A stretch of 64,000 nt of DNA. Origin: Spirochaetia bacterium (GTDB taxonomy: Bacteria > Spirochaetota > Spirochaetia > DSM-16054 > Sediminispirochaetaceae). The position numbers and the translations under genes are program-made. Each line of letters starts with the position of its first letter. The stretch's first letter is position 1. Shown piece by piece: positions 1 to 11,364 of this stretch. The DNA is taken from the NCBI GenBank assembly GCA_034520965.1, contig JAXHMY010000007.1, forward strand, positions 1 to 64,000, written 5' to 3'. Below the pieces are notes generated by a model. The model saw only the letters and a list, made by a program, of their open reading frames with translations, ran no database searches and was not told the origin of the DNA.

Positions 1-238
1 CTCCCCGGCAGTTGCTGCTGGAAGAGATGTGGAAGTGCCCAGCGTACTTTCCTGAGTCGGATTGCGGCAGCTGAAATTTTATTGGGACGGAGAGCAGATT
101 AGAGACCGGGAGACGGGCAGCGAGTGGTCCGTGAGCGGCCTGGCGGTGAGTGGTGAACTGGAGGGCACCCAGCTGGCCGGGCCGGTTAGCTTTAACCATT
201 TCGGCTACTCCTGGAGTGTGTTCAAGGATGAATATTAG
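1..238 (+). CDS. 3' end of a probable DUF3179-domain protein (partial at window edge)
   Basis: Manual translation ...WDGEQIRDRETGSEWSVSGLAVSGELEGTQLAGPVSFNHFGYSWSVFKDEY*, resembling the DxETGSxW...G.L.G..L C-terminal motif of DUF3179; stop TAG at 236-238. Confidence 0.55.
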
Positions 239-369
239 AGGCAGGTGCGGGGCTTTGGTCAGGGCCTTATCTATACATCAAGGCCTTGTATTTAGATCAG
301 GGCCTTATCAGGGCGGCGGTCTCTTCCAATTCAAAGGAAAAACTGTAAGGGACAGGTTCTGCGGGGCCT

Positions 370-1368
370 GGGCTTCAGCGCTGACTCTGACGACTATTCT
401 GGGCCGGGAGTTCCGTAGGCATGGCCGTCGCCGTACCAGTGATACGGTAGTCGATGCTTTTTCCGCCGATGAGGGTATCAACCGTCTTTCTTCCGGCCTT
501 AAGGTAGTTAACACTATGGCTTTAGATACGCTTTTACCGCTTTCGGGGGAATCTGCAGACCCTGAGGAAGGGCGCCCTTGTCCCAGACAGTTCCCCTTAC
601 AGAGAAGGTGTACTCCGCCGGGGAGAGAATGAGGGGAAAGGAATTGGGATTGGAAGTTTTGACCCTGTACTCAATGTCGATGGTGTGGGTTTTGAACTGC
701 GTAATAACTACCTCGGTAATCTGTACTGCGGAAGCTGGGAGCGGTAAGGTTCCATCCACTTCGATGACAGCTGAGTATTCTTATCCGCTTTGCTTTCCAC
801 CAACACTTCCACTACAAGCCGGTAACGCAGTTTGGCTGCACTATCCGGGGGCTGCGGCTTTTTATTGGCTTCCCCAGCGGCAGCTGTATTGGCACTTCAA
901 GTGAAGTACTCCCTCCGGCAGGTACCCTGCGACCGGCAAGCTCCTGATGGCCGGAGGCAAGAGGGGTCCGGTCTGGGTTGAGGGCTGTGTCAGGGTTGGG
1001 TTCAATATCTGTGTCAAGATTGGGGCCAGGGTCAAGGTCTGGAGTCGGGGCCTGGCCTTCCCCTTCAGCCGGTAGCGGTAGCTGTGTAGCTGCAGCGTGC
1101 CCGGGCCAGGGTTTGTAATGGCGAAATGGAAGGTAAGCTCGGCGGGACTGAAAGTAGTGAAACTGCTGCTGAGTCCCGCTGTGCTGCAGGCCCGGGCAAC
1201 GAAGCGGCTGGAGCCGAAGGCTGTTCGGGTATGTCCCGACTGGCACAGCTGCCGAGCAGCAAAAAGGCAAGGGTGAGTAGCAGTAGAGTAGGGAGAAGCC
1301 GCCGGGTACTGCGGCCCGCAGCCGCTATGAGGCCGGCAAACCGGCCGCCGGTGGAATAGAGTGTTTCA
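370..1368 (-). CDS. Lipoprotein with LEA_2/WHy-like domain, frameshifted; boundaries approximate
   Basis: Lipobox-like LAFLLLGSC near 1250; fragment 514..759 has the NPNSFPL motif and beta-rich pattern of LEA_2 domains; continues in other frames. Confidence 0.45.
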
Positions 1369-1579
1369 TCCTTCCATCATAGCCGGTCCGCCTCTTGGAA
1401 TCAATGCGCTATCCAAATTAGATTTGCTTTGCCATGATATCATGTAGGCCGCAGCCGTTCCTCGCGTTCGTAAAACCCATCTGTTGAAGTAGAATCCTCT
1501 GGCCGTAGGCGGAACGCGCACCGGAGGGCCATATGGCCCTTCTGGCTTAGAACCGTTGAAGTATTACAGAGCGATAACT

Positions 1580-1916
1580 TTAGCAGGAAGATAAATAAAA
1601 CCGGCAAGCACAGCGTGGACCGCAGGTAACGAAGACCGCCCCCGCGGCAACATCCTTTGCCACCCGGTCCTCCATCTCCTTGGTCGCCAAGTCCACATAT
1701 GACTCTATAGCGGTGTTCACCAGTTCCGCAAACAGCACCAGGGTAATCGTAATGGTAAGGTACATCCAATCGGCATGGCTAATTCTGAGCATAAAAACGG
1801 AAACAGACCGCCAGCACGGCCAGCACAATATGCACGCGCATGTGAAAACGATACTTCACCGCACCATGTATGCCCCAGCGCATAGGCAATGTCTCCGCTT
1901 AAATGAACGCCTGTGA
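1580..1916 (-). pseudogene. dgkA: Diacylglycerol/undecaprenol kinase (DgkA family), degenerate or frameshifted
   Basis: LVLFAELVNTAIESYVDL...AKDVAAGAVFV matches the ELxNTAIExxVD...AKDxAAGAV signature; the N-terminal part lies in another frame. Confidence 0.6.
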
Positions 1917-2214
1917 TATTTCATACCAGGGGGATTATACCACAAACGCGCCACGTACCTAATAGGATAGTGCGGGCCCCGGCGGCCCCGCTTTCGGGTC
2001 CGCCGGGGTCAGGTGCTCCGCTGCAAATCCTCGCTTCCGCTCATCCCTCGGCCCGGCCGGGGCTCGATCGCCCCGGGCCTTGGGTGGAAGCTGCGGGTTT
2101 TCCGCTGCGCCCCTTCGCCTTTTAAGAGTTTTGCGTAGAGCCCCGACGGTGTTAAAAGATATTTTGACAGCCAACGGACCGCGGGAAAATTACCTCAGGG
2201 CTTGATGCCCATTA

Positions 2215-3558
2215 TCATGAAATATTTGGCTATCAGCCCATACAAATCGCCTGCCGCATAAAGTGGAATATGCACGAGGGAACCGTGATGCGAAAAGTTA
2301 CGGGTGCTTATCTTCACTGCGTGGGCTGGATCATATTTGTCACAGTAAACTTGTAAACTTTTTGCTCTTCTATGTGGGGGCCTGATTTTACCTCGACAGG
2401 TATTACATGATCATTTAAGAGTACTACGTTTCTTCGATTTCAGAAATGTGTCTCCCTTTCCACGTGTAGAGTTCTTTGATGCCCGCAGTCACCAGCTGTG
2501 CAGCTGTAAGGTTTTCGGCAATGTAGCCTTTATAACTGCCGAAGGATACGTTAAGTATACTTGTTGCGGAAATACCGAGCATATGATGGAGTAAACCGAT
2601 ATCAAAAAGGTACAATTTGAAAATGCTTGCGGTGCGGAGCGCCGAAAGGTATTTCCGGCGAATCGATAATATGAGAGCTGTAGACCAAGCCGGTTGCTTT
2701 GAGCCAATCAATGGTGCCCGCAAGATCGCGGTAGCGTTTTGCCTTAGGAATTACTCCCTTAAAAGTGAAACGTTGTGCGTTTCCATCAATATCTTTTGAA
2801 AGCTGGATCGTGTCTGTTCAAAACTCTATGTATGTGATTAGCGTTTATTGTACCGGAATGTTTGGCAAAATCGCTTCGATATCCCGTAAGAAGATCAGAA
2901 TGTACTGCGCTTATTTTTTCTTTTGTTTCAGCGCTCAATTTACGGGGATGAGCTTTCTAAAAGGGTACGTACGGCCTCCGGCATTCCTCCGGTAAAATAG
3001 TATAAAAGGAGAGTATTCCACAGTTGTTCATGTATATAAGGGGTAAAGGTTCTGGAGATTCGATGAAAGAGGCATAATACTCAAAAAGTGCCCGCTAAGT
3101 GCCGCAAAAATTCAAAAAACGACATAGGATAAAGGGTAAGTGTGTGTACTTTCCTACCGGTAAAGATTTGTATTACCGAGAAGACCCATATATGAGCCGG
3201 CACCACACACCGCCATTTGAGGTGATTCCCCATGAAAATATTTGAGGGCCTGTCATTGCTCCTGGGACATTTCTGTATTTCATCAAAAAATAACAAATCG
3301 GACTCCGGATTTATCTTACTATCCAAATACAGTTCGATAAGAGGGATAAGAGTTTTGGTGATATGTGGCCTGCAAAAAGCTTAATTGCTTCCGGGTCTTG
3401 CTCAAAAATTAGATAATACAGTGCAGAGAACTCATTTTTTCCAAAACGCCCGTAAGAAGATAGGTTTTTCCGGTCTGTCTCGCCCCATAGAGCAGAAGAG
3501 GCTTACGATTTTTCTCGTTTCGCCATTCTGTGAGTTTGCGGTACAAACGACGTTCCAT
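2215..3558 (-). pseudogene. AAA_14/DUF4143 ATP-binding protein with multiple frameshifts
   Basis: Start MERRLYRKLTEWRNEKNRKPLLLYGARQTGKT (Walker A), LLFFDEIQ (Walker B), KLYLFDIGLL and IPVEVKSG spread over several frames. Confidence 0.8.
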
Positions 3559-3595
3559 ATGCTAAGAATAACAAAAAACATGTGTAATGTCAAAA

Positions 3596-3652
3596 TAAAG
3601 TGTAAAATTTTACACTTTAACCTAGTTGGCATTAAATGTAAAATTTTGCATT
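3596..3652. promoter_or_regulatory. Two related palindromes upstream of the AAA ATPase gene
   Basis: Perfect 24-bp palindrome TAAAGTGTAAAATTTTACACTTTA (3596-3619) and near-palindrome AATGTAAAATTTTGCATT (3635-3652). Confidence 0.5.
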
Positions 3653-3866
3653 AATTTCACATTTTGCTGTTAAGAAGCGGAATGTGGGGTGATTACGACG
3701 ATTTTTGAAAGAAGACAGCTGGAGTGAAGCAGAAATGCCGTTAACGCCTGTTAGTAAAGAAACAGTCTATTTTGATTGAGTTCTTTCGGTGGAGGTTTAA
3801 CTGCCGCCGGGCTATTAATCCATCAGTTAAATCGTATGCCTCCCGTCCGCAGCAGGTGCCGGAGGG

Positions 3867-4370
3867 TTAATCCTCCCGTATGGAAAAATCGTTCTGCAGT
3901 CTGTCGCAAATTGCAGTGATTTTCCGGTCTTTCGGGTGGATCCCGCAGTCGAAGAGCACATCGTCACGGTTGTTTTTCAGCCAGCGGTAGACCCGTTCTT
4001 CGGCCGCCGGTTTGTTTTCAGCAGATTGCGCGATTTTTACCATCCGCATCAGCTCTTCCTGATCGAGAATCGCCCGCTTACCCTGCACATCCATGAAGAA
4101 TGTGCTTTGCTTTTTGCCGGCTTCAAAAAAGACCTCTGCAGATTTTTCGGCTGCCTCTTTTTTGGAGGAATTTCGCTCGGTATCCGGCTCGGTATTCTGG
4201 GCGGCCACCTCACGACTCTTGTTCAGCTCTTCTACTTTCTGGTTGTAGATAAGAGTAGTTGTCTGCTGTATGAGAAAACTAAGACCATCTTCATCTATCT
4301 GGGGCAAAAGCTTATCCAGCTCCTCCAGCAGTTGCTCTTGTCGGGTCGGTTTTTTCTTTGACGCAGCCAT
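3867..4370 (-). CDS. Hypothetical protein
   Basis: Intact 167-aa ORF with GGAGGAG RBS. Confidence 0.75.
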   Translation of the reverse strand: MAASKKKPTRQEQLLEELDKLLPQIDEDGLSFLIQQTTTLIYNQKVEELNKSREVAAQNTEPDTERNSSKKEAAEKSAEVFFEAGKKQSTFFMDVQGKRAILDQEELMRMVKIAQSAENKPAAEERVYRWLKNNRDDVLFDCGIHPKDRKITAICDRLQNDFSIRED

Positions 4371-4475
4371 TTACTCCTCCATTTTCATAATATACCCCGG
4401 CAGCACATATTTTACGAGCTTAGAGAGGTATTTGCGCATTTTTTTCCTGTGCAACCGGGGCACCGTATCGCAGAA

Positions 4476-4511
4476 TAAAAAAACGGGGCCCCCTTTTCGG
4501 GCACCCCGTTC
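4476..4511 (-). terminator. Probable intrinsic terminator after the sugar-binding protein gene
   Basis: GC stem ACGGGG...CCCCGT followed by a T-run on the minus strand. Confidence 0.55.
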
Positions 4512-4532
4512 CTTGTCCGCTCCTACAGCGGC

Positions 4533-5873
4533 TTATTCGCTTAATACTGCTTCTACCCGCTTTTGAGCCTGCGCGAGTACACTGTCAACGCTATTGCCCA
4601 GCAGCCAGGTTTTCTCGATTTCTTCTTTGATAATTGTCTCTATGTTCGAGTAACTGATGACCGGTGGAAAAGTGGCCGCGTTCGAGGCGGTTTCCGCATA
4701 GTTGGCCCGCTGAGGTATATTGTTATCGGCCAGTTCTTGCAATGCGCTCTTGCGGGGAGCGATATGCCCGGAGCCCGCGGCCCACTCGTACACATGATTG
4801 CTCAGGAATTTAGAGAACTCCATAGCAGCCTCATACTGGCGGTTGCCTTCTTTCTGCTTTGGTACAACCCACATATGGCTGTTTGCCCACACCTTCTTCT
4901 CGCCCATAAGATTGGGAAAGTTCATCGCCCGGTAGTCAAAGGTGAGTTCCTGGCTGTACTGGTCAACCACCCAGGTACCGTTCATCTCAATTGCTGCTTC
5001 ACCATTCATAAAAAGCTCTCCCGCGGCGGTGTAGTCGGCATTGGGGTCGGAGTAGCCCTTTTCGAAGCGTTCTAGCATGAACTGCAGGGCATTTCTTCCG
5101 GCATCGGAGTCGATATTTACCGTATTCGAGTTGGTGTTCACCGTTGGGACCCCCTGCTGTTCCATGAGGGAGTGAAACAGGCGAAAGGAAATCGGAAACT
5201 GGGTTGCGTCTTCTACCCAGTACAGTTTTCCGGTTTTTTCTTTCATTATTTGTGCATGCTCAAACCATTCCTCGGTGCTGGTAGGAAGAATGGGAACTCC
5301 CTGTTCATCTACCAAGCCGGCCTGCTTAAAGAGATCTACATTTACATGCAGAAGGTTGGCGTGCAGATCGAAGGGGACCCCGTAGGATGTACCTTCATAG
5401 GATGCGGCCTTTTGTGCCGGAGCGGTCCAGTCGGAGGGATTCATTTGGTATTCGGTATAATAGTCGTCCAATTTTACGAGAAGATCCCGGGAGGCGTATG
5501 CGGGCATATTCGACTGGTGCATAACGGCCACATCGGGAGCATCGTTGGCGGCAAAGGTGGTATTCAACTGATCGTAATAGTTGCCCCATGCGCTGCCGCC
5601 GAGTTTTTCTACCCGTATCTTACCTTCGTATTCTTCATTGAATATGTTGGTGAGAATTTGTATTGTCGCCGCCTCGGAGTTGGCTTTGCTCAGGTCGGTC
5701 GAATCCATCAACTCGTCGTCGGGCTCACCAAAAAAGCGGGCCAGTTCCAATGCCACTACTTCCTCTTCTGCGCCGTCGCCTGCGTCCGCTGCACTTTCTT
5801 TTTCACCACTGCAGCCTGCCAGCAGCAGAAGAGTGATGACCAGACCCATAAATAACATTGTTAGTTTTTTCAT
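4533..5873 (-). CDS. Sugar ABC transporter substrate-binding lipoprotein
   Basis: Lipobox LLAGC; SBP_bac_1-like motifs (APDVAVMH, YGVPFD, FMNGEAAIEMNGTW); next to two permease genes. Confidence 0.92.
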   Translation of the reverse strand: MKKLTMLFMGLVITLLLLAGCSGEKESAADAGDGAEEEVVALELARFFGEPDDELMDSTDLSKANSEAATIQILTNIFNEEYEGKIRVEKLGGSAWGNYYDQLNTTFAANDAPDVAVMHQSNMPAYASRDLLVKLDDYYTEYQMNPSDWTAPAQKAASYEGTSYGVPFDLHANLLHVNVDLFKQAGLVDEQGVPILPTSTEEWFEHAQIMKEKTGKLYWVEDATQFPISFRLFHSLMEQQGVPTVNTNSNTVNIDSDAGRNALQFMLERFEKGYSDPNADYTAAGELFMNGEAAIEMNGTWVVDQYSQELTFDYRAMNFPNLMGEKKVWANSHMWVVPKQKEGNRQYEAAMEFSKFLSNHVYEWAAGSGHIAPRKSALQELADNNIPQRANYAETASNAATFPPVISYSNIETIIKEEIEKTWLLGNSVDSVLAQAQKRVEAVLSE

Positions 5874-5923
5874 ACAGTTCTCCTTATTATATTATTGGAC
5901 CAGTTCAGTCCAAAATTATGAAC

Positions 5924-6748
5924 TTAATATTTACCGCCGCTGGACATCGATATGCCGCGGATCAGATGCTTCTGGAAAATGAGAAACAGGATAAACAGCG
6001 GTAATCCCGCAATAACACCCCGCGCCATGAGCGAGCCGAGCTCGGTTGCCTGGGCAAAGTTTCCCTGCAGTGAAGCTAAACCGGTGGTAATGGTAAACAT
6101 CTCTTTTCTGGTAGCTGAAACCAGCGGCCACAGGAAGTCGTTCCAGGTGAGTATATAGGTGAATATGCCCACCGAAGTGAGTGCGGGAATGGACATCGGC
6201 ATAATTATATTGAAGAAGGTACGCAGCGGAGTTGCCCCGTCTATCTGCGCTGCCTCTGTGACCGAGTCAGGAATTCCCCTGAAGAATTGGGCCATGATAA
6301 ACACGCCCATAGGTATTGCAACCCGCGGCAGGTACAGGGCGGCATAGCTGTTGTGTCCGTTTATCTGCGCGAACATGAGAAAAAGCGGAATAAACATCGC
6401 CTCCTTGGGTACCATCAGGCCGGCCAGGGTAAGCGAGAAGAGCAGTTGTCGCCCCTTGAATCGCATCTTTGCAAATGCGTAGGCGGCCATGGACTGGAGC
6501 ACCAGGGTGAGGGCTGTGCCTAAAATAGTTACAATTATACTGTTGAGAAACCACCGGACTGTGAGTCCTATTTGAAGTACTCCCCAGAAATTCTGCAGCG
6601 TAAAGCCCTGCGGCCACAGGGCCGTTGAGTTCAGTTTCAACAGATCGTTGGGGGTAATCGCCATAACGATCATCCAGTAGAGCGGAAGAATCCATACAAC
6701 TGCTAATAAAATAAGTAATGTTGTTACGATTAAATTTTTAGTCTTCAT
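5924..6748 (-). CDS. Carbohydrate ABC transporter permease (MalG-like)
   Basis: EAAQIDGA loop, TM helices, WNDFLWPL motif. Confidence 0.93.
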   Translation of the reverse strand: MKTKNLIVTTLLILLAVVWILPLYWMIVMAITPNDLLKLNSTALWPQGFTLQNFWGVLQIGLTVRWFLNSIIVTILGTALTLVLQSMAAYAFAKMRFKGRQLLFSLTLAGLMVPKEAMFIPLFLMFAQINGHNSYAALYLPRVAIPMGVFIMAQFFRGIPDSVTEAAQIDGATPLRTFFNIIMPMSIPALTSVGIFTYILTWNDFLWPLVSATRKEMFTITTGLASLQGNFAQATELGSLMARGVIAGLPLFILFLIFQKHLIRGISMSSGGKY

Positions 6749-7617
6749 TAGTTTTCCTCTTTTGAAAGTCTGAATTGGAAAAAGGAAACCACTGCCATCA
6801 CTAGAAACAGAATGAAAGCCATGGCTGAAGCGTAACCGAGCTGATAATCTCTGAAGCCGGTTTCATAAATGTACTGGATCAACACCCTGGTGGTACCGCC
6901 GGGGCCTCCCTTGGTGAGTATGTACACCTGTCCGAATATTTGAAACGACATTATTATTTGCAAGATTGTGACTAATTCGAGGGTTCGTCTTAGACTGGGA
7001 AGAGTTATGTAAAGGAAGTCCTGAAACCATGTAGCCCCTTCCAATGAGCTCGACTCGTACAGCGCCGGGTCTATGTCCTGTAGTCCTGCCAGAAGCAGTA
7101 CCATATTGAAGCCGACCGTCCACCAGAGAGTTGCAATGATGATCGCGGGCATAGCGAAGGTCGGGTCCGTGAGCCAGTTTATCGGTTCCACCCCGAGCAT
7201 GCGGGAAAACTCCCCTAAGAGTCCTTTTTGGGGGTTGAACATAAAACCCCATATAAGCGTAACTATGGAAACTGAAAATACATACGGAGCAAAGTATGCA
7301 GTCCTGAAAAGAACCTTTTTGGAACTAGTCCCGTTCAAAAGCAGTGCAAACAGAAGCCCGACTCCGATGAGAAGCGGGGTCGAAAAGATAACAAACTTAA
7401 TGGTGTTTGTGAGTGAGGACCAGAAGGTCGGATCCTGGAACATATGGATATAATTTTTGAAACCGATAAAACTCTTTGAAGAGGTAAGTAAGTCCCACTC
7501 GAACATGCTGGCAATAACAGCTTGGAACAGAGGATAAATCTGGAAAATTACGTACACCACCATAAACGGCAGAACAAAATAAATAACCGGGAGGTTTATG
7601 CGCGATTTCGATTTCAT
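6748..7617 (-). CDS. Carbohydrate ABC transporter permease (MalF/UgpA-like)
   Basis: LAGLQDIDPALYESSSLEGA loop, GGPGGTT, GYASAMA motifs. Confidence 0.93.
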   Translation of the reverse strand: MKSKSRINLPVIYFVLPFMVVYVIFQIYPLFQAVIASMFEWDLLTSSKSFIGFKNYIHMFQDPTFWSSLTNTIKFVIFSTPLLIGVGLLFALLLNGTSSKKVLFRTAYFAPYVFSVSIVTLIWGFMFNPQKGLLGEFSRMLGVEPINWLTDPTFAMPAIIIATLWWTVGFNMVLLLAGLQDIDPALYESSSLEGATWFQDFLYITLPSLRRTLELVTILQIIMSFQIFGQVYILTKGGPGGTTRVLIQYIYETGFRDYQLGYASAMAFILFLVMAVVSFFQFRLSKEEN

Positions 7618-7747
7618 AACCGCTCCTTATACATCATATAAATATGAATCATTAAGTTATTATTTCACCCTATATTGAATATGTCAAGAAAAAATTGTTG
7701 ATATTGTTTTTGTTTCATGTTAGCATGAACCATAAAAGGAGCTGAGT

Positions 7748-9482
7748 ATGATACCGAAAGATTATCCCCGACCGAATATGTACAGAAAAACTTGGCGCAG
7801 TTTAAACGGATCGTGGGAATTTGATTTCTATGATGATGCTTTTGTGCTTTCCCCTAGAGAAAAACTTGCAGAATCCTTTAGCCACACCATTCAGGTACCA
7901 TTTACTTATCAGACCCGGTTGTCGGGAATAGAAACCGCAGATATTCATGAGCGGGTTGTATACAGAAAAAAGATTCATTTGACTGAAGCCGAAAGAGAGG
8001 CCCGGGTACTGCTGCATTTTGCTGCAGTCGATTTTATTGCCGAAGTCTGGATAGATGAGGTACGTGTCGGGAGCCACACAGGCGGGTACACTCCGTTTTA
8101 TTTTGATATAAGCTCGTTTTTTGAGGACGGGCAGACAGTAAGCCTTGCACTTATTGTAGAAGATAAGCCGTCTCCGGAGCAGCCCCGCGGGAAACAGGCC
8201 ATAGCTGCACCCTTTGCCTGCTGGTATACAGCGGTGACCGGAATTTGGCAGAGCGTGTGGCTGGAGTTTCTGCCCGAGGTTTCCATAGCCGGACTGACGG
8301 CTGAGCAGTATGCAGACAGTGGTACGGCAGCTTTTCGTCTGCAGATATCCGTCCTGCAGTAAGGAGTGCCGAATTGCTGCAGAGGTAAAGTTTGCAGGTG
8401 AACGCGTAGCTTCAGATACGAGTGACTGTGCTTATCCGAGTACGGAAATACACTTTAACCTGCCGGAGGTTCGTAAATGGAGCCCTGAAAAGCCGAATCT
8501 CTATGAGGTGCACTTTTTGCTTATGCAGAATGATGCGGTCCTTGATCACGTCGAGACGTATCTCTCCTTCCGTGAGATTGATGTGAGGACCGACGGATTA
8601 TATATAAACCGGAAGAAATACTTTCAGAAGCTGGTTCTCATGCAGGGGATCTGGGAGGAGAGCGGATATACGGCCCCGACTGTGGACAGCTTTGAGAAGG
8701 ATATCCGGCGTGCACAGGAGATGGGATTCAACGGCGGTCGCATGCATATGAAATTCGAAGATCCCCGCTTTCTGTATGCTGCCGATAGGCTCGGATTTTT
8801 AGTGTGGGGAGAAACTCCCTCATTCTACTCCTTTTCAGAGAAATCGTGTTCGGTGTTTCAAAAAGAGCTGACTGAAATACTGAACAGGGATAAGCGGCAC
8901 CCGAGTTTGATCGCCTGGGTAATCGGCAATGAGTCCTGGGGAATAAAGGATATCGGTAAATCGGATCGAATAAGAGCATGGGTGAATGAAATTGTTGCGC
9001 TGACCCGCCGCATTGATCCGACCCGGCCGGTTATCAGCAATGACGGATGGGAGCACCTCGATAGCGACATAATGACGCTCCACAGCTACGAACATAGTGC
9101 AGAATCATTGCAAGACGATTGGGAGCGGGCCCGCAAAAACGAACGCTGCGGCATCCATCGCAGGGTTTTTAGTCTTTGTTCTAAGGATATGTTGAAATTT
9201 CCCTGGGTACTGAGCGAATTCGGCGCCGTCAGCTTTATCGGAGAGACCGATCAAACGGAGCACTGGGGATACGGTGATACCGCCGAAAGCACCCACGCTT
9301 TTCTCGAGCTTTTCAAGTATATATTAGAAACAGCCTCTGCTCTGGACGGCTTATCCGGTTGGTGTTATACTCAGTTTTCCGACGTTGAAAAAGAAAAAAA
9401 CGGTTTGCTCTTTGCAGATAGAACTCCAAAAGTAGAACCATCTCTTATCAGAAAAATTATCAGGGAAATAGTGAATAACTGA
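7748..9482 (+). CDS. Glycoside hydrolase family 2, split by one frameshift near 8340
   Basis: YPRP...LNGSWEF, LHFAAVD, HTGGYTPF, GIWQSVWLE, WSPEKPNLY, WVIGNESWG (acid/base), LSEFG (nucleophile) in ORFs 7748..8362 and 8310..9482. Confidence 0.88.
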
Positions 9483-10438
9483 TGGAATCTAAAGTCTTTA
9501 TTACTAAAAGCGATGATGTACTACCCGTTGCCAAAGCCCTGAGCTCTCCGCTTAGAATAAAGATGCTGCATGTCCTCAGACAGCAAGCCATGAATATCCA
9601 GAACTTGGCGAAAGAACTGGACATCTTAACCTCTACCTGCACCATGAATATACAAGTACTCGAGAGGGTCGGGCTTTTAGAAACAGAAATGGTTCCGGCT
9701 GTCCGCGGCAGTCAGAAAATGTGCAGACTGATTTACTCCGAGGTGGTGCTCCCGCTGCTCGAAGAGGAAGAGGAGCTTGATGAAAATACTATCGTGATAA
9801 ATATGCCGATTGGCTTGTATACCGATTTTAAGGTTCATCCCTCGTGCGGAATGATAAGTGAAACTGAAATTATCGATTATCTGGACAGTGAGCGGGCTTT
9901 TTTTAGTCCAAAACGGGGCAACGCCCAGCTAATCTGGTTTACCGACGGATTTATAGAGTATAGCTTTCCAGTGAACATACCCAAAGAGCGGTCAGTAAAA
10001 TCTATCCAAATTACCACTGAAATTTGTGCGGAATTTCCCGGTTATAAAGAGGATTGGCCGAGTGATATAACCATGTGGATTAACTCCAAAGAAGTCGGCA
10101 CCTGGACCAGTCCCGGAGATATGGGCGGAAAGCGGGGCCGGTTTACTCCAAAATGGTGGGGACTGGAGAATACCCAATACGGCTTTCTAAAATCATGGAG
10201 AGTCACAAATGATGGCGCCTTTATTGATGGTATCAATTCGGCCCCTACGAAAATCGAAGACTTGCACCTGCAGGACGATTATCGAATCAGAGTAAGACTG
10301 GGCATTAAAGAGGAAGCCGAATTTCGGGGCGGATTAAACATATTCGGCGAAAAATTCGGCAATCATCCCACCGGTATTGTTCTGCAGATCGAGATGGCAT
10401 ATCCGGCAAATATGACGGAAAGAGCCGGCGACGAGTGA
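9482..10438 (+). CDS. ArsR-type HTH transcriptional regulator (COG4189-like)
   Basis: N-terminal wHTH (AKALSSPLRIKML) plus conserved C-terminal WPSDIT...WTSPGDMGG..G..TP.WW...TQYG domain. Confidence 0.85.
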   Translation: MESKVFITKSDDVLPVAKALSSPLRIKMLHVLRQQAMNIQNLAKELDILTSTCTMNIQVLERVGLLETEMVPAVRGSQKMCRLIYSEVVLPLLEEEEELDENTIVINMPIGLYTDFKVHPSCGMISETEIIDYLDSERAFFSPKRGNAQLIWFTDGFIEYSFPVNIPKERSVKSIQITTEICAEFPGYKEDWPSDITMWINSKEVGTWTSPGDMGGKRGRFTPKWWGLENTQYGFLKSWRVTNDGAFIDGINSAPTKIEDLHLQDDYRIRVRLGIKEEAEFRGGLNIFGEKFGNHPTGIVLQIEMAYPANMTERAGDE

Positions 10439-10479
10439 ATATCTTAGAATACTCCCACCTTTTAATAAAGGAGTAAGCA

Positions 10480-11125
10480 GTGTCGGATAACCTACCGGAA
10501 AAAAGAAAATACGGAGTCCCGGACTACAGGGACAAAATTATAAGGCGCCTTGAAACTGCATATGCCGGCAACAAACTGGAATTAGAGGAATATGAAAGGC
10601 GCCTTGATCTGGCCTACAAAGCTGAATTCATAGAAGACCTCGAAATTATAGTGCATGATTTTCCAGGCCATCAACAGTCCGTAGGCCGTGACATAAATCC
10701 TGACATAGATAAGGATATCTCTGAGTCTGATGATAATACCAAAATCACTCTGATTGGCGATCAGCACCTTACCGCGGAGGATTTTTCCAATAAGAGTATC
10801 CAAAGCCTTTCCATATTAGGTGATGTAAACATCGATATACGCCGGTTTAGAAACTGTGAAGAGCCCATACGGATAAAGATCTCTTCTCTCATCGGGGATA
10901 CCCGTATAATCATTCCCAGGGGAATGAAGGTAAAAAACCGATTTAGAAGCTCTGCTTGGTGATTACGAACTTGTTCGAAACGATGAACAGGGTGGCCAGG
11001 AAGAAAGTTTCGAAGAAAGCACGGGAACCTGCATTTTAGAGGGATTTTCACTTTTGGGCGACATTTCCATCCGGGAAGAGGGCAGCAAGAAAAAGGGTTT
11101 TTTACAAAAATTCTTCAGAGGGTAG
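10480..11125 (+). CDS. DUF1707 (SHOCT-like) plus LiaF-like C-terminal domain protein, frameshifted near 10960
   Basis: RDKIIRRLETAYAGNKLELEEYERRL (DUF1707 pattern); repeated S.IGD beta motifs; continues in another frame to TAG 11123-11125. Confidence 0.7.
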
Positions 11126-11364
11126 AACAGCTGGGGTTGAATATAGGAACCGGTACCGCTCGGTTTTGTCTTTCACCGGCTAGATTTCATCCCCAATCAG
11201 AGATTGTCCCAGCCAGCCTGGTGAAAATGATACTGCCGACGACTTTTGCATCATCTATCGCTACAAAGATATACATATCCTTGCTGTCGGTCATTTTAAT
11301 TGTCGCAAATCAAAAACTGACAGAAAGTATTGCAAATTAACCACAATCTGGTTAAAATATAACC

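Noticed and set aside
259..314. Short repeated TCAGGGCCTTATC-like motif
   Set aside because: Few, irregularly spaced and degenerate copies in a low-quality region.
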